A DNA stretch of 64,000 nucleotides from positions 800,001 through 864,000 of the forward strand of contig CAWCKY010000001.1 in the NCBI GenBank assembly GCA_963796275.1. Reading direction: 5' to 3'. Both the position numbers and the translations under genes were made by a program. The notes under the pieces were generated by a model. The model made no database searches. It was given only the letters and a program-made list of their open reading frames with translations, and was not told the DNA's origin. The stretch comes from an uncultured Acidobacteriota bacterium (lineage in GTDB: Bacteria; Acidobacteriota; Blastocatellia; RBC074). Positions 55,236-64,000 of this stretch are shown piece by piece (within the stretch, counting starts at the first letter, position 1; the number at the start of each line of letters is the position of its first letter).

Positions 55236-55913
55236 TCAGCTGTTGCGATGGCGCGCCTCTTCGAATATCTCCGTGGCGCGTGTGGGATTGAAGATGCCGC
55301 ACGAGCAGAAGCGCGAGAAGTACTGGCAAGCCTGTTCCGGGGTGCGACGGCCCTCTCTCACCCAGTCGATCATCTTCCGGGCGAAAGCGAATGAGATCAT
55401 GCCGTGACCGCACATAGTCGAGAGCTCCAATACCTGCCGGTCGGCCAGCCGGTCGGTCCTGCCCATGAAGCCTAAAGAGTATTCCACGCTATGGCGCGTG
55501 ATTCCCGTCTCATCGCAGCATTCCTGCGCCCGGTCGATGAGGGCGCTGATGTTGATCGAAATACCCAGGTCTTCGCGGCGCAACTCCTCGACAAACCCCT
55601 CGACCGACTCGATGTTGTCGAAGACCGCCGCGACCGTCGTCGGATTGGAGACGCCATCGATGACCGCGTCGAAATCAGGATGATGTTCGCGCGCCCAGTG
55701 GGCAGTCGGATTCAGCTCTTTCGAGGGACGGTAGATGCCGCCATGCGAACCGTCGCCCATGTTGACGGGCTGATATTTGCGGGCCAACTGCAGAAAGCGC
55801 TTCAGCTTCGGCACCGAATCTTGATCGTTGTGCCCGCGGCAGGGGATGGCGAAGACTATGAAATCGTTGTAAAGGTTTTTTTCATTGCCGTAGCGGTGCA
55901 ACGTGTTGGTCAT
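55236..55913 (-). CDS. Conserved hypothetical Cys/His-rich protein
   Basis: GGAG RBS; MTNTLHR start; TMCGHG..C..CSCGIFNP. Confidence 0.75.
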   Translation of the reverse strand: MTNTLHRYGNEKNLYNDFIVFAIPCRGHNDQDSVPKLKRFLQLARKYQPVNMGDGSHGGIYRPSKELNPTAHWAREHHPDFDAVIDGVSNPTTVAAVFDNIESVEGFVEELRREDLGISINISALIDRAQECCDETGITRHSVEYSLGFMGRTDRLADRQVLELSTMCGHGMISFAFARKMIDWVREGRRTPEQACQYFSRFCSCGIFNPTRATEIFEEARHRNS

Positions 55914-56718
55914 ATGATTTTCTCCCCAAGCCCAGGTTGGTCTTGCCGCGATTGAAGGTGAATCCTTCTTCGACCAGTATCTCCTCCAGCCGATTCTCGC
56001 CCTCCTCATCGCAGCGCGCCGAGACTCCGACTGCAACCACGGTCTCTAGCTGGCTCGCCACCTCTTTGACCTTTCGCAGAATGTCGGGAACATTTTTTAT
56101 GGATGTTTTAAATTCGACGATTGCGGAGAGTATCTTTTCGTTGAGGATGTCGGTCCTGAGCTCGCCCGTCGCGGTGTCGGTCATGAGACTCGTCACCGGA
56201 TTGCGCTGCTCGAACTCGATCCCCAGGCGAGCCAGCGCAATGGTCATCTCTTGGATCTGCCAGAACCTTACGCCGATGGTCGGCCTCCCGAACTCCACGG
56301 TGAAACCGGCATCGTCAACGCCGACGCGGTTTGTTATATCGTTCGTCTTGACTTCTTCGGTGCCGCGGCCATGAACACCTGTGCTTTCGTGCGGGACCAC
56401 CGGGTCTGAGAAGGCGCGCCGAACTATGCGCGGCCAGGCTAACGGTTGCTCCGTGATGGCGGCAGTAGGACAGACGTCTGGCTCGGGATCGAACCGCCAG
56501 CGGATCCATTTCCCAATTTGGCGGATAGTTCGCACCATTGTCGGATTCAAGTGCTCTGTGCTCATCCCGCGGAAGCAGGTATAGCATTCGACGCACTCGT
56601 CCTGATTGACGGTCGCCCGATTCGTTCGAGGATCGATATGGATCGCACCCATCGGACAGACCGCGACGCAATTGCCGCATGCGACGCATTTCTTTGGGTC
56701 AATATTCATCGCACCCAT
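55882..56718 (-). CDS. 4Fe-4S ferredoxin-domain protein
   Basis: CVACGNCVAVCP and CVECYTC...CP. Confidence 0.85.
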   Translation of the reverse strand: MGAMNIDPKKCVACGNCVAVCPMGAIHIDPRTNRATVNQDECVECYTCFRGMSTEHLNPTMVRTIRQIGKWIRWRFDPEPDVCPTAAITEQPLAWPRIVRRAFSDPVVPHESTGVHGRGTEEVKTNDITNRVGVDDAGFTVEFGRPTIGVRFWQIQEMTIALARLGIEFEQRNPVTSLMTDTATGELRTDILNEKILSAIVEFKTSIKNVPDILRKVKEVASQLETVVAVGVSARCDEEGENRLEEILVEEGFTFNRGKTNLGLGRKSYDQHVAPLRQ

Positions 56719-56897
56719 CCAAATGAAGTTAAATTACAACTTTTTACTGTATGCAAAAAAGGTGGATAAAGATTTCACCACAAAAATCACAAAAACACAA
56801 AAAGACCCATCAAAATAACGGCGAGAGGCAAAAGGGCAGAAGCGGAAGACAGAAGTCAAGGACAATGAATACCGTAAAGTTTCTGAATTCCTACTCC

Positions 56898-57539
56898 CTA
56901 TTTAGCAGCGCTCAGATCGGAATCTGTGAGCCCATCCCTCTGCCTGCGATTCCGCAATGTGTTGAATATGAATACACCGAGAATGGCTATGGCGAGCCCC
57001 AGCCCGATCGCCGGGTAATATTCTTTGAATAAGCTGGCAGCCTGATCTCCGTACCGCACAGCCATCAGGCCCTCGATGATGAACCGGATAGTGCGGCCGA
57101 TCAACACGGCACCGAGAAACTGCCAGATTTTCACCCGGAATACACCGGCTGTGATAAGCAACATCTTGAATGGAAACGGAGGAGGAAGGAGCGCGCCGGC
57201 CAGCATCGACCAGAGACCGTAGCGATTGACCAATCCGGAGACCCGCGCTCGTTTCTCGTCACTGAATACGCGCAGGGCGGCCTCTCCCGCCTTGCGGCCG
57301 ATCCAATAGGGCACTAGGCACCCCAGCGTCGAACCAATTACTGCGGCGATGACGTAGATAGGCATCATCGAATGGTTGTTGTGCGTGAGCGCCATAACAA
57401 CCAGATCCGGCCCGCCCGGCATCGGAATGAATGCCGCATCAAGAAATGCGATTCCCAATATTCCCGCCGCGCCGAAGCCGATAAGCGTTACGTAGACCGA
57501 CTTGAGAAAACTACCGATACCTGTTAAAAAAATTCCCAT
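56898..57539 (-). CDS. YqaA/DedA (VTT) membrane protein
   Basis: FLDA, GSTLG, PPPFPFK, GRTIRF. Confidence 0.85.
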   Translation of the reverse strand: MGIFLTGIGSFLKSVYVTLIGFGAAGILGIAFLDAAFIPMPGGPDLVVMALTHNNHSMMPIYVIAAVIGSTLGCLVPYWIGRKAGEAALRVFSDEKRARVSGLVNRYGLWSMLAGALLPPPFPFKMLLITAGVFRVKIWQFLGAVLIGRTIRFIIEGLMAVRYGDQAASLFKEYYPAIGLGLAIAILGVFIFNTLRNRRQRDGLTDSDLSAAK

Positions 57540-57557
57540 TATCGATTTTTATGAACT

Positions 57558-58205
57558 TCAGTCTGTGTATGAAACCTCAGCCTTGCTTTCCGGCGTCCTG
57601 CTCTTCAGCATTCGGCGAACAATGAAGAAAAGGATAGAGGCGACGATCAATCCTCCCAGCACCTCCAGCAAATTATTTCCGAGCCAATCGATCATCTGTC
57701 TCACTTCGTTGCGGAAGAAGAATGCGAGGATGGCCCAGAAGTAATACCGCACCGTACGCGAGATCATTATCACCGCCGCAAAGCGTCCCATCGGATAACC
57801 GAGCGCGCCAGCTGAAGCGACGAATATCTTGAATGGCATGGGCGGTGGCAAAAGAGCCGGTATCACGAGTGCGAATAAACCCCATTTTCGATAGAGTTCT
57901 TTCACGCGATCCAGGTGCTTCGGATGGAAGCGCTTGGAGATGAACTGCTCGCCGCGCATCGCAATGCGATACAAAACCAGACAGCCGATTACCGACCCGA
58001 TCGCCGGGAAAAGGGGGAAATAATATACTTCATTCGGATTGTTCGCAACGCGGGCTATCGTGATGTAGTCGTTGACTTCGGGGAGAGAGAGCAGGGAAGA
58101 ATCGAGAGCGCCTACAAGCACCATCATCGGCGCGGCGACATAAACCGCGGCTTCGACAACATGTCGCGAAATCTCCAGGAACCATTCTATGAGCCAGTCG
58201 AGCAT
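57558..58205 (-). CDS. YqaA/DedA (VTT) membrane protein
   Basis: LDSS, GSVIG, PPPMPFK, RTVRY. Confidence 0.85.
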   Translation of the reverse strand: MLDWLIEWFLEISRHVVEAAVYVAAPMMVLVGALDSSLLSLPEVNDYITIARVANNPNEVYYFPLFPAIGSVIGCLVLYRIAMRGEQFISKRFHPKHLDRVKELYRKWGLFALVIPALLPPPMPFKIFVASAGALGYPMGRFAAVIMISRTVRYYFWAILAFFFRNEVRQMIDWLGNNLLEVLGGLIVASILFFIVRRMLKSRTPESKAEVSYTD

Positions 58206-58352
58206 AAAAAACCGCTTGATACCAGATGTTTGATAATTGATAGAGAGTGATTGGGGGATTCACGGCAGGCTTGTATGGTACGAATGCAAAATCGTAGATT
58301 GCAGATTGCGTACTACTAACTATCAACAATCAAATTTCCTTTATCAATTCCC

Positions 58353-59489
58353 TTACATCCTTTTGATAAAACTTTTACCGGGTAACTGTCTGATTCTATC
58401 TTTCATTTCGAGCCCAAGCAACGCATTCATTAATTCTGAGGAGTTCATGCCGCTGGTGATCAGCAATTGGTCAATGTGAGAAGGAACTTCCGGGCTCAGG
58501 ATTTCTAGCAATTGACGCTCGCCATTGCTTAATTCGACCGCTTCAAAAATCGGCTGAGTATTCGATTGGGCGGTGCTCGTAGCCCGTTTTTCGATGCTTA
58601 AGATATTCTCTTTGATGTTGCGCGGCAGCTCCTCAACGACATCGCGCCAATGCTGTACTAGTTTCGCTCCATCCTTGATCAGATAGTTCGGTCCGAAGGA
58701 GGTCTGCGATGTGATATTGCCCGGCACGGCGAAGACTTCTCTCCCTTGTTCATAAGCCAGCCGCGCGGTGATCAGGGAACCGCTATGTTCTGCGGCTTCG
58801 ACGATCAGAACGCCCAGGCAGAGTCCGCTCAATACCCGGTTGCGGTAAGGGAAATTTTGCGGGAGCGGAGGCGTCCCGAGCGGGAATTCGGATATGACCG
58901 CGCCGGAAGCCGCGATCTCACGCTCGAGTTTCTTATGCTCTTTGGGGTAAGTATTCTCCAGGCCTGTACCGACGACTGCTATGGTTAGACCCGCGGCTTC
59001 GAGCGCGCCGCTATGGGCAGCGGCATCGATGCCGCGCGCCATGCCGGAGACTATTGTCAAACCTTGTGCGGCGAGATCGCGTGCGAGCCCGGCCGCCGCA
59101 TTGATTCCGTATGTCGAACATCGCCGGGAACCGACGACTGCCAGGCAAGGCCGCTCGCAAGCTCCTTTCAGATCACCGCGCACGTAAAGCGCGATCGGCG
59201 GGTCGTAAATTTCACGAAGCAATGGCGGATAATCGTCATCTGCGAGCGTAATCACGTGGGCGCCCAGTTTCTCCAGTCGTTCGATTTCGGCGCCGGCTTT
59301 TTCGAGTATCTCCGAATCGTGGAGTTCCTGAACCGTTTCGGTTTTTACCCCCGCGGATTCCAGAGCGACGCGAGATGCGGCGAACACCTGCGCGGGCGAG
59401 CCGAATCGGTCGAGCAACTGATTGGCGGTACGCGGCCCGATCCCGCGGATCATATTTAAGGCGATCCAATCGGCCAAATCAGCGCGCAT
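58353..59489 (-). CDS. dprA: DNA-processing protein DprA
   Basis: YPPLL, VVGSR, SGMARGID, FPYRNR, SGSLITA. Confidence 0.96.
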   Translation of the reverse strand: MRADLADWIALNMIRGIGPRTANQLLDRFGSPAQVFAASRVALESAGVKTETVQELHDSEILEKAGAEIERLEKLGAHVITLADDDYPPLLREIYDPPIALYVRGDLKGACERPCLAVVGSRRCSTYGINAAAGLARDLAAQGLTIVSGMARGIDAAAHSGALEAAGLTIAVVGTGLENTYPKEHKKLEREIAASGAVISEFPLGTPPLPQNFPYRNRVLSGLCLGVLIVEAAEHSGSLITARLAYEQGREVFAVPGNITSQTSFGPNYLIKDGAKLVQHWRDVVEELPRNIKENILSIEKRATSTAQSNTQPIFEAVELSNGERQLLEILSPEVPSHIDQLLITSGMNSSELMNALLGLEMKDRIRQLPGKSFIKRM

Positions 59490-59621
59490 AGAATGTGACC
59501 TCCCCACTGGCTGAATCTCGAGTCGGAAACATTTAGTGATTATATGCTTCGCGTCTTGTGAATCTCAACCACGCCGTCATAAAATTGATTCAATTCCTCC
59601 CGCGAACTGGAGAATAAATTT

Positions 59622-60137
59622 ATGATGACAGTTCTTCCACCGAGAGCCGGGATGACCACCAAGCAATATGCTGCAGGCGTCATTTTTGAGCTTTATAATT
59701 CGATAATCGTTCATGAGCAGGGCGCGATCGAAGGTAATATCGAGGCGGTTAATGACATGCGCGTCGCAATCCGGCGTTTGCGTGTGGCATTGAGCAACTT
59801 CGCCAGCACCCTTTCGCGCGATGATCGACGGCAGCTGCATTTGTCCTTGAAGCATCTGGCGGTTCCGCTGGGCGAGGTGCGGGATTTCGACGTTATGATC
59901 GCGGCGCTAGAATCCTGCCTCACCGACAAATCGCGCGCCGATGCGATCAAATCGGTGGTCGGCCGTTTGCGGGAGCGCCGGCGGCGGCGGCATCGCAATT
60001 TGAGAAATTACCTCCGCGGCCAAGAATACGCCGATTTTAAGCTGGGATTTTCAACCTTTGAAGCGGAGGTGAGCGAAATGCCCGGCTTATCCCGCTCAAA
60101 CTCTAACGAAATGAAAAATCATGGCCAAGCCGCTTAA
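59622..60137 (+). CDS. CHAD-domain protein (N-terminal half)
   Basis: DMRVAIRRLR, LGEVRDFDV. Confidence 0.85.
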   Translation: MMTVLPPRAGMTTKQYAAGVIFELYNSIIVHEQGAIEGNIEAVNDMRVAIRRLRVALSNFASTLSRDDRRQLHLSLKHLAVPLGEVRDFDVMIAALESCLTDKSRADAIKSVVGRLRERRRRRHRNLRNYLRGQEYADFKLGFSTFEAEVSEMPGLSRSNSNEMKNHGQAA

Positions 60138-60672
60138 GATCAAGAAAGTATCACCGACAGATCGCATAGATAAAACTGCCGTACGTATCCTTCGTACGCG
60201 ATTGAAGGAGTATTATTCGCACTGGCCCGATCCGGACCGCACACCGACGCCGGAAAAACTGCATGATATGCGAATTTCCGGGAAGCGCCTTCGTTATAGC
60301 GCAGAATCCCTGCGCGCGCTCTATCCCGATCAATTGGCGCTCTTGATCGAATTGCTCAAACGCGGCCAGGACCTGCTCGGCGACATCCAGGATTGCGTCG
60401 TTCAGCGATCGATGATCGCGGATGATTTAAATAGATTGAGGCAACGGAAACACGACAGCAATCATATCCCGATCCTGGAGAGCCTGATCTCAGAATTCGA
60501 CCAGCATCAGACGCAGCTATTCACACAATTTCACAATATCTGGCGCGGAATGATGGCGGATGAGTTTCGCCATTCCCTGAAGAAGATGTTTACCAATCCG
60601 GATATTTATGAGGCGAAGTCCGGCGATGCGCATCTGCATTTGATCAATCGAGAAAAAGAAATTGAAAATTGA
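60121..60672 (+). CDS. CHAD-domain protein (C-terminal half)
   Basis: LHDMRISGKRLRYSAE, QDLLGDIQD. Confidence 0.85.
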   Translation: MAKPLKIKKVSPTDRIDKTAVRILRTRLKEYYSHWPDPDRTPTPEKLHDMRISGKRLRYSAESLRALYPDQLALLIELLKRGQDLLGDIQDCVVQRSMIADDLNRLRQRKHDSNHIPILESLISEFDQHQTQLFTQFHNIWRGMMADEFRHSLKKMFTNPDIYEAKSGDAHLHLINREKEIEN

Positions 60673-60709
60673 AAATTGAAAATTGTATCGATTGTTTGCC
60701 ACGTAACTA

Positions 60710-61471
60710 TCAACAATCAACTATTTTTTCTCGATTGATCAAACTAGCCACATAGCCTGCACCAAAACCATTATCGATATTAACTACGGTCACGTTCGAC
60801 GAGCATGAGTTTAGCATTCCGAGTAATGCGGCAATGCCGTTAAAACTGGCGCCGTAGCCGATGCTGGTCGGCACCGCAATGACGGGAACGCTCACCAGCC
60901 CTCCGACTACAGATGGCAGCGCACCTTCCATTCCGGCGGCGCAGACGATGACTCGAGCAGACTGCAGGAGTTCCAGGCGGCTGAGCAGGCGGTGAATCCC
61001 AGCGACTCCCACATCATACAATCGTTCAATGCGGTTACCCATGATCTCTGCCGTAACAGCGGCTTCATCTGCGACTGGTATATCTGAGGTACCGGCAGTG
61101 ACGATCGCGATCACTCCGCTTCCACGCAGAGTCTGATCGCGCCGCACCGAGATCGCATTGCATGATTCGTGAAAGATGGCTTCTCTCGCAAACGCCCGGA
61201 TAGATGCAAACGTTTCGCGGTTGCTGTGGGTAATGAGAAGGTTCGACGATCTTTCGAGCAGGCGCGATGCGATCCCCATCACCTGTTCCGGCGTTTTACC
61301 TTTTCCGAAGATGACCTCTGGGAATCCTTGCCGCAATGCTCGGTGGTGATCGACGTGAGCGTAGCCAATATCCTCGAAGGGCAGGTGGCGGAGTTGCTCC
61401 AGCACCTGGTCGATACTCAGATCGCCCTCTTTGAAGTTCAGCAATAAGTCTTTCAGCTTCTCTTGATCCAT
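60710..61471 (-). CDS. larB: Nickel-pincer cofactor biosynthesis protein LarB
   Basis: [43 protein letters not shown]. Confidence 0.94.
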   Translation of the reverse strand: MDQEKLKDLLLNFKEGDLSIDQVLEQLRHLPFEDIGYAHVDHHRALRQGFPEVIFGKGKTPEQVMGIASRLLERSSNLLITHSNRETFASIRAFAREAIFHESCNAISVRRDQTLRGSGVIAIVTAGTSDIPVADEAAVTAEIMGNRIERLYDVGVAGIHRLLSRLELLQSARVIVCAAGMEGALPSVVGGLVSVPVIAVPTSIGYGASFNGIAALLGMLNSCSSNVTVVNIDNGFGAGYVASLINREKIVDC

Positions 61472-61589
61472 AACAGGTTGTACCCGATGATAGCCCGCGG
61501 AGCTTAGCTTGACAAGATTTTGCGGTGGCTCATATAGTGGACCTTAACTCCGGCGCTAGCAATCAGCGTTTTTTTTGGTAGCTGTTCAA

Positions 61590-62198
61590 ATGAAATCCAT
61601 CACCTTAGGAATAACGGGAGCGAGCGGATCTATCTATGCGCAGCGCTTGCTCGTTCGTCTCAATGAAAGTCCCCAAGTATCGCGGATCGATCTGGTGATT
61701 TCACGGGCGGGCGTTCGCGTTGCCGGTGAAGAACTGGGCATCAACATCGCGGGCACGGAACCGCGGGTGGTGCGCGAGTTACTCGGAAATGCGACGGATA
61801 AGGTGATCATGCATTCGCCGAGCGATATCGGCGCGACCATCGCGAGCGGATCGTATCTGAGCGATGCGATGGTGATACTCCCCTGCAGCATGGGGTCGCT
61901 CGCGGCTATCGCCACAGGGATCACGCGCGATCTGATCCATCGCGCCGCAGATGTCATGCTCAAAGAGAACAGACTGCTGGTCCTCGTGCCACGGGAATCG
62001 CCGTTCAATGCCATACATTTGGAGAATATGCTGAAACTGGCGCGGATGGGAGCGCGAATTATCCCTGCCATGCCGAGTTTTTATCATCATCCGAAAACTA
62101 TTGACGACCTGATCGAACATTTCACTAACCGTCTCCTCGATCATTTGGGCGTGGCGAACGAGCAGCAGACGAGGTGGGTGGGGAGTATTCCTAGGTGA
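61590..62198 (+). CDS. ubiX: Flavin prenyltransferase UbiX
   Basis: GITGASG, IASGS, PCSM, RAADV, PRESP, FYHHP. Confidence 0.95.
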   Translation: MKSITLGITGASGSIYAQRLLVRLNESPQVSRIDLVISRAGVRVAGEELGINIAGTEPRVVRELLGNATDKVIMHSPSDIGATIASGSYLSDAMVILPCSMGSLAAIATGITRDLIHRAADVMLKENRLLVLVPRESPFNAIHLENMLKLARMGARIIPAMPSFYHHPKTIDDLIEHFTNRLLDHLGVANEQQTRWVGSIPR

Positions 62199-62258
62199 GC
62201 GGGAGCCAGGGGAGAAGGAGGCAAAGCTACAGGGGGGAGGAAGCGATATCTGAAATCT

Positions 62259-63119
62259 ATGTTTCGCAATCTTAAAATAACGCTCGAGATGATAAAGATC
62301 GAGCACACATTGTTTGCTCTGCCTTTCGCATTCCTGGGGGCAGTGCTCGCGGCACGGGGACTTCCAGCCGTCAATCAGATTTTATGGATTATCGTCGCGA
62401 TGATCGGCGCACGTTCGGCGGCAATGGCTTTCAATCGCCTCGTCGACCGCGGATTCGATGCGGCGAACCCGCGGACCAGGATGCGCGCGCTTCCCGCCGG
62501 ATTGCTCAGTATTAAATTCGTCGCAATTTTCACAATCCTGTCAGCCGCAGTCTTTTTCGGCGCGGCATATATGCTCAATCGCCTGACCCTGGTGCTGGCT
62601 CCTGTAGCGCTGGCATCCATCCTCGGGTACTCATACACAAAGCGATACACGGCCCTATCTCACTTGATACTTGGCTGGTGTTTATCGATTGCCCCGACCG
62701 GCGCCTGGATAGCCGTGCGCGGATCGATCGACTCGCCTGTCCCGTTGTTGTTGAGTCTGGCTGTCATGTTATGGACTGCCGGATTCGATATCATCTATGC
62801 CTGCCAGGATCACGACTTCGATGTCCAGGCCGGCCTGTATTCGATCCCGCAACGATTTGGGATCGGGAGCGCCCTCTGGATTTCGCGTTCGCTGCACGCG
62901 GCAATGTTCGCCATACTCGTCTGGATTTACTTCCTGACGGGCCTACACTGGATCGGATTTCTCGGCATTATGGCGGCGGCCGCGCTCCTGATCCACCAGC
63001 ACCGGCTCGTTCGAGCACACGATCTTTCTCGTTTGAACGCCGCGTTTTTTACAACGAATGCTTATGTGAGCGTGATTTTATTCCTGACGGTCGCAGCTGA
63101 TATATTTTTGATGAATTGA
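62259..63119 (+). CDS. UbiA-like prenyltransferase of the futalosine pathway (MqnP type)
   Basis: [33 protein letters not shown]. Confidence 0.92.
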   Translation: MFRNLKITLEMIKIEHTLFALPFAFLGAVLAARGLPAVNQILWIIVAMIGARSAAMAFNRLVDRGFDAANPRTRMRALPAGLLSIKFVAIFTILSAAVFFGAAYMLNRLTLVLAPVALASILGYSYTKRYTALSHLILGWCLSIAPTGAWIAVRGSIDSPVPLLLSLAVMLWTAGFDIIYACQDHDFDVQAGLYSIPQRFGIGSALWISRSLHAAMFAILVWIYFLTGLHWIGFLGIMAAAALLIHQHRLVRAHDLSRLNAAFFTTNAYVSVILFLTVAADIFLMN

Positions 63120-63173
63120 TAAACAATCAGCGCCGTGAGCGACACTGATTGACCTGGAACGGAGTTATTTACG

Positions 63174-64000
<827 letters not shown>

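Overview
Chromosomal window of a GC-moderate bacterium, most likely Acidobacteriota (Blastocatellia-like). This is inferred from the VWA-domain gene style, the futalosine (mqn) genes and the repeat families. Most of it is ordinary: folD-coaE, yggS-yggT-yggU, lepA, mazG, xerC, lpxK-waaA-efp, 6S RNA-ymdB, dprA, larB, ubiX-mqnP-mqnE, tRNA-Lys(CTT), tRNA-Sec, two back-to-back molybdenum-hydroxylase units and a FixLJ-type two-component cassette. Several genes carry single-base frameshifts that look like assembly errors. The standout is a protein-free locus of about 1.1 kb at 11117-12180. It has a clear sigma70 promoter, a uORF with terminator and antiterminator (attenuator), a tRNA-shaped element lacking an anticodon loop, and about 670 nt of densely paired RNA with a candidate long-range pseudoknot and a REP hairpin in one loop. 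From memory, its motifs resemble the ROOL class of large ornate ncRNAs. That assignment needs a covariance-model search. All calls come from reading the sequence only.
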